Source of the DNA: an uncultured virus (IMG/VR IMGVR_UViG_3300048780_000186)
Lineage: Duplodnaviria > Heunggongvirae > Uroviricota > Caudoviricetes
IMG/VR virus record: IMGVR_UViG_3300048780_000186
Direction: 5' to 3' (one strand)
DNA: 20,000 bases
This document shows positions 17,560 to 20,000 of the stretch, piece by piece. Below the pieces are notes generated by a model, which saw nothing but the letters and a program-made list of their open reading frames with translations, was not told the DNA's origin and did no database searches. The first letter of the stretch is position 1. The number at the start of each line of letters is the position of its first letter. A program made the position numbers and the translations under genes.

Positions 17560-18174
17560 ATGGCAAGACCAAAGGGAATACCGATGAGTGAGGAAGCCAA
17601 AGACCTCATTCGCCAGTTTCAGAAGGGTCGAACACGTTCTCCTGAAACAAGAGCAAGGATGTCTGTTGCAGCAAAGCTGCGCTCAGAAGAACATTATGCC
17701 AACTCCCGTTCGCCAGAAGCTCGTGCAAAAGCCAGCGCAAAGATGAAAGGTCGCAAACCCTGGCACTCACTTCGGTCTACAACGGAAGCTTTTCGCGAAT
17801 CTCGGCGCCTCATCAACCTTGGTCGACCCAAATCTATCGAAACTCGTCTCAAAATGGCAGAGTCCAGGCGTGGTGAGAAGTCCCATCTTTGGAAGGGTGG
17901 ACTTTCGAAAGAACACTATCGCGAACGCCAAAACGCCATGCAGACTGTGGAATACAGACTGTGGAAGGAATCCGTCTTCAATCAAGCTGGCAACATCTGT
18001 GCGTTGGAAGATGAGACGTGTTCTGGACCTCTTCAGGCCCATCACATTCAATCTTGGACCGAGTTTCCAGAGTTGCGATACGAGGTCTCCAATGGTCAGT
18101 GCTTGTGCAAAGATCACCATCAAAGGACCGACAACTTCGCAGGCCGAGCCCTCGCTCTAACTAAGGCCGCGTAA
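17560..18174 (+). CDS. Free-standing HNH homing endonuclease with NUMOD3-like repeats (204 aa)
   Basis: Repeats RSPETRARMS, RSPEARAKAS, KSIETRLKMA; GEKSHLWKGG; C-terminal LQAHHI..W..FPELRYEVSNGQCLCKDHH. Visibly more AT-rich than its flanks. Confidence 0.9.
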   Translation: MARPKGIPMSEEAKDLIRQFQKGRTRSPETRARMSVAAKLRSEEHYANSRSPEARAKASAKMKGRKPWHSLRSTTEAFRESRRLINLGRPKSIETRLKMAESRRGEKSHLWKGGLSKEHYRERQNAMQTVEYRLWKESVFNQAGNICALEDETCSGPLQAHHIQSWTEFPELRYEVSNGQCLCKDHHQRTDNFAGRALALTKAA

Positions 18175-18198
18175 CCGAATTACCAGTCTGGTCGTGTC

Positions 18199-18213
18199 TT
18201 CCTATACTAGACA
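18199..18213 (+). promoter_or_regulatory. TTCCTATACTAGACA copy 3, candidate late promoter
   Basis: Intergenic, 33 nt upstream of ATG 18247. Confidence 0.65.
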
Positions 18214-18246
18214 GGATTGCCGGGGCTTTCCCCGCGAGGAGCGTGC

Positions 18247-18969
18247 ATGTCTGCAATCACCAGGCCCTCCTCGATCTTGCCTCCGCTGCGTTCGAGCAAG
18301 CCCGCGGCAGACATCAACGGCTTCTTCCAGATTGTCGGGCAGGCTCTCGCAGAGTTCATCAAGACAGAAGGTGCTCCCGAGGGAACAGTCCCTGTTTACG
18401 TCGAGACCTTCCCGAAGGAACGGCTTTCAGAGCCAGACACAGCGTTCGACGTCATTCTCTTCCATGTAGTCAGCGGTGAGATGGCGCCTACCAGCAATGA
18501 CGGCGCTACTGTTCCCCGTTCGCCGATGCTCCGGAACGTCGCAAGAATCCCGAGCCAGGCAGGGTACAACCTGGCGCAGTACGGCTGGTGGGAGAACTAC
18601 ACCGTCGAGTTTGAGGTTTGGTCGAAGAGCAACTCTGTGGCCAATTCCCTGGCCGTATGGTTTCATCGCTTTCTGATTCGGTATGCCTATTACTACAAGT
18701 TCTTCGAGGCATTCGGAGTCCAGCAATTCAAGTTCGCAGGGCGCCAGGAAGATAAGTCCGACGAGAAAGAGAATCAAGAACTACAAATCCGTCGGCTTCG
18801 GTACTCGTTCCGCCTGGAGTTCCTTGACACCTTCACAGAGCGGCAGCTTACCGACCTGACTCTGAACTTCAAGATTAAGCGGGACGTTCAAACCGTTGAA
18901 CTTGACACCGCTCAACAACACAACGCGGAACACGAACGTTTCCGATTTCCTGTGTCCAACCCTGTGTAG
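18247..18969 (+). CDS. Putative tail-completion/terminator protein (240 aa)
   Basis: GAGGAG SD before ATG 18247; YTVEFEVWSKSNSVANSLAVWF pattern resembles tail-terminator-type folds; directly before the sheath. Confidence 0.5.
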   Translation: MSAITRPSSILPPLRSSKPAADINGFFQIVGQALAEFIKTEGAPEGTVPVYVETFPKERLSEPDTAFDVILFHVVSGEMAPTSNDGATVPRSPMLRNVARIPSQAGYNLAQYGWWENYTVEFEVWSKSNSVANSLAVWFHRFLIRYAYYYKFFEAFGVQQFKFAGRQEDKSDEKENQELQIRRLRYSFRLEFLDTFTERQLTDLTLNFKIKRDVQTVELDTAQQHNAEHERFRFPVSNPV

Positions 18970-18976
18970 GTTGCAG

Positions 18977-18989
18977 ACTAACCGTTAGT
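18977..18989. promoter_or_regulatory. Palindromic box ACTAACCGTTAGT (copy 5, perfect)
   Basis: Perfect 6-1-6 palindrome upstream of the sheath gene. Confidence 0.55.
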
Positions 18990-19021
18990 TTGTTGACCCG
19001 AGATATACGAGGAGAAACAGA

Positions 19022-20000
19022 ATGGCCTTCAATAACCTGCCTGGGATTATCGTCAACACGGTTGACGGAGGTCTCGTCTCTGCCGCTCCGCCGCAGGACC
19101 ACTCTATCCTGATTATCGGCACATGCGACCAGGGCGTGATCAATCAGCCTTACCAGGTCACCAACCGCGCGACGGCGGCTCTCCAATTCGGCCTGAACGG
19201 AAACCTGATCCGTTCGATGGAAGAGTGTGCTGCGAACTCCGACAACGTCATTCTGTTCCGCATGGGCGCTCAGCCTCAAGTCCTGGCGGGCATCGGTGTG
19301 GAGACGGGTACCGGTGCGACTGCTGGCTTTTCACTGAGCTTTGGGCAGGCCACCGCGACGTCTGCCACCGATTACAAGATCTGGTACAAGACCGGCGTTG
19401 TGGCCGTGTACTACCAGGGTGATCTGGAGTATTCGAACGATCCTCTCCAGACCACGGACAACGGTGACATCACCATTGCCGGCGCCATCTCCGGCAACAC
19501 CGGTCTTCAACTCGGCACAGGCGCCAGCGCCACCTTCGCAAATGCGATCACGGTGCAGGCTGCAGCTGCGTTGGTCGGTGCAACTTCGACTCCTCCGCCG
19601 ACCCTGACCGCGGCCATCACCGGCATCGGCTTGACGGGCCGTCAGACCTACCTTGCCTTTCTGGACGCAATCAACCTTCTGCAAGGGTTCCAGGTCGAGG
19701 AAGTTGTGGTTCCCGCCGCGACGTTCGATGCACCAAACGTGGCCTACTATTCGGCTGGCAACTCAGCGACAGCCGTCAACAACCCGGCAACCAACCCCAA
19801 CGCGCTCGATTGGCTCTTGATCGCGCGCGATGCCTACGGCGACCAGACCTATCAGTGGGCTTCGGAAGCTAATGCCTGGGCCAATGGTGCCCAAGTTACC
19901 ACCTTCCCCGCCGGACTTACCGCTCAGACTGTGGCCGGAACTTCGATTCCGATCACGGCCGGTGCAGTTACGGCGATGCCCGGGACGGTTGCGACCGCTT
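19022..20000 (+). CDS. Tail sheath protein, N-terminal part (runs off the window; absent from the ORF track)
   Basis: GAGGAG SD; MAFNNLPGIIVNTVDGGL...SILIIGTCDQG...PYQVTN...QFG is a typical sheath N-terminus; no in-frame stop before the window end. Confidence 0.75.
   Translation, partial: MAFNNLPGIIVNTVDGGLVSAAPPQDHSILIIGTCDQGVINQPYQVTNRATAALQFGLNGNLIRSMEECAANSDNVILFRMGAQPQVLAGIGVETGTGATAGFSLSFGQATATSATDYKIWYKTGVVAVYYQGDLEYSNDPLQTTDNGDITIAGAISGNTGLQLGTGASATFANAITVQAAAALVGATSTPPPTLTAAITGIGLTGRQTYLAFLDAINLLQGFQVEEVVVPAATFDAPNVAYYSAGNSATAVNNPATNPNALDWLLIARDAYGDQTYQWASEANAWANGAQVTTFPAGLTAQTVAGTSIPITAGAVTAMPGTVATA

Noticed and set aside
17532..18246. Group I intron around the HNH gene
   Set aside because: Flanking genes appear complete, and the non-coding flanks are too short for a ribozyme core.

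Overview
The whole window is one co-oriented (+ strand), GC-rich virion morphogenesis module of a large tailed phage, probably a myovirus because it ends in a tail-sheath-like gene. Whether it is a free phage or a prophage cannot be told. Gene order: 3' end of the large terminase, two unknown proteins, portal, a 62-aa ORF, prohead protease/scaffold fusion, a 598-aa head-associated protein, a small Com-like zinc-ribbon protein, HK97-type major capsid protein, small and Ig-like proteins, a lysis-like cassette (M15 peptidase, holin-like, spanin-like), neck/head-completion proteins, a free-standing NUMOD3-HNH endonuclease, a tail-completion-like protein and the start of the tail sheath. Product calls rest on recalled motifs and synteny, not database searches. 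The most notable signals are regulatory. (1) An exact 15-bp motif, TTCCTATACTAGACA, occurs three times and is a candidate phage-specific late promoter. (2) A 13-bp palindrome, (A/C)CYAACNGTTRG(T/G), occurs at five gene junctions. (3) A Com-like zinc-ribbon gene sits directly before a capsid gene whose ribosome-binding site lies in a hairpin. (4) A likely nested in-frame scaffold start lies inside the protease gene. (5) The homing endonuclease appears to have its own leaderless extended -10 promoter.
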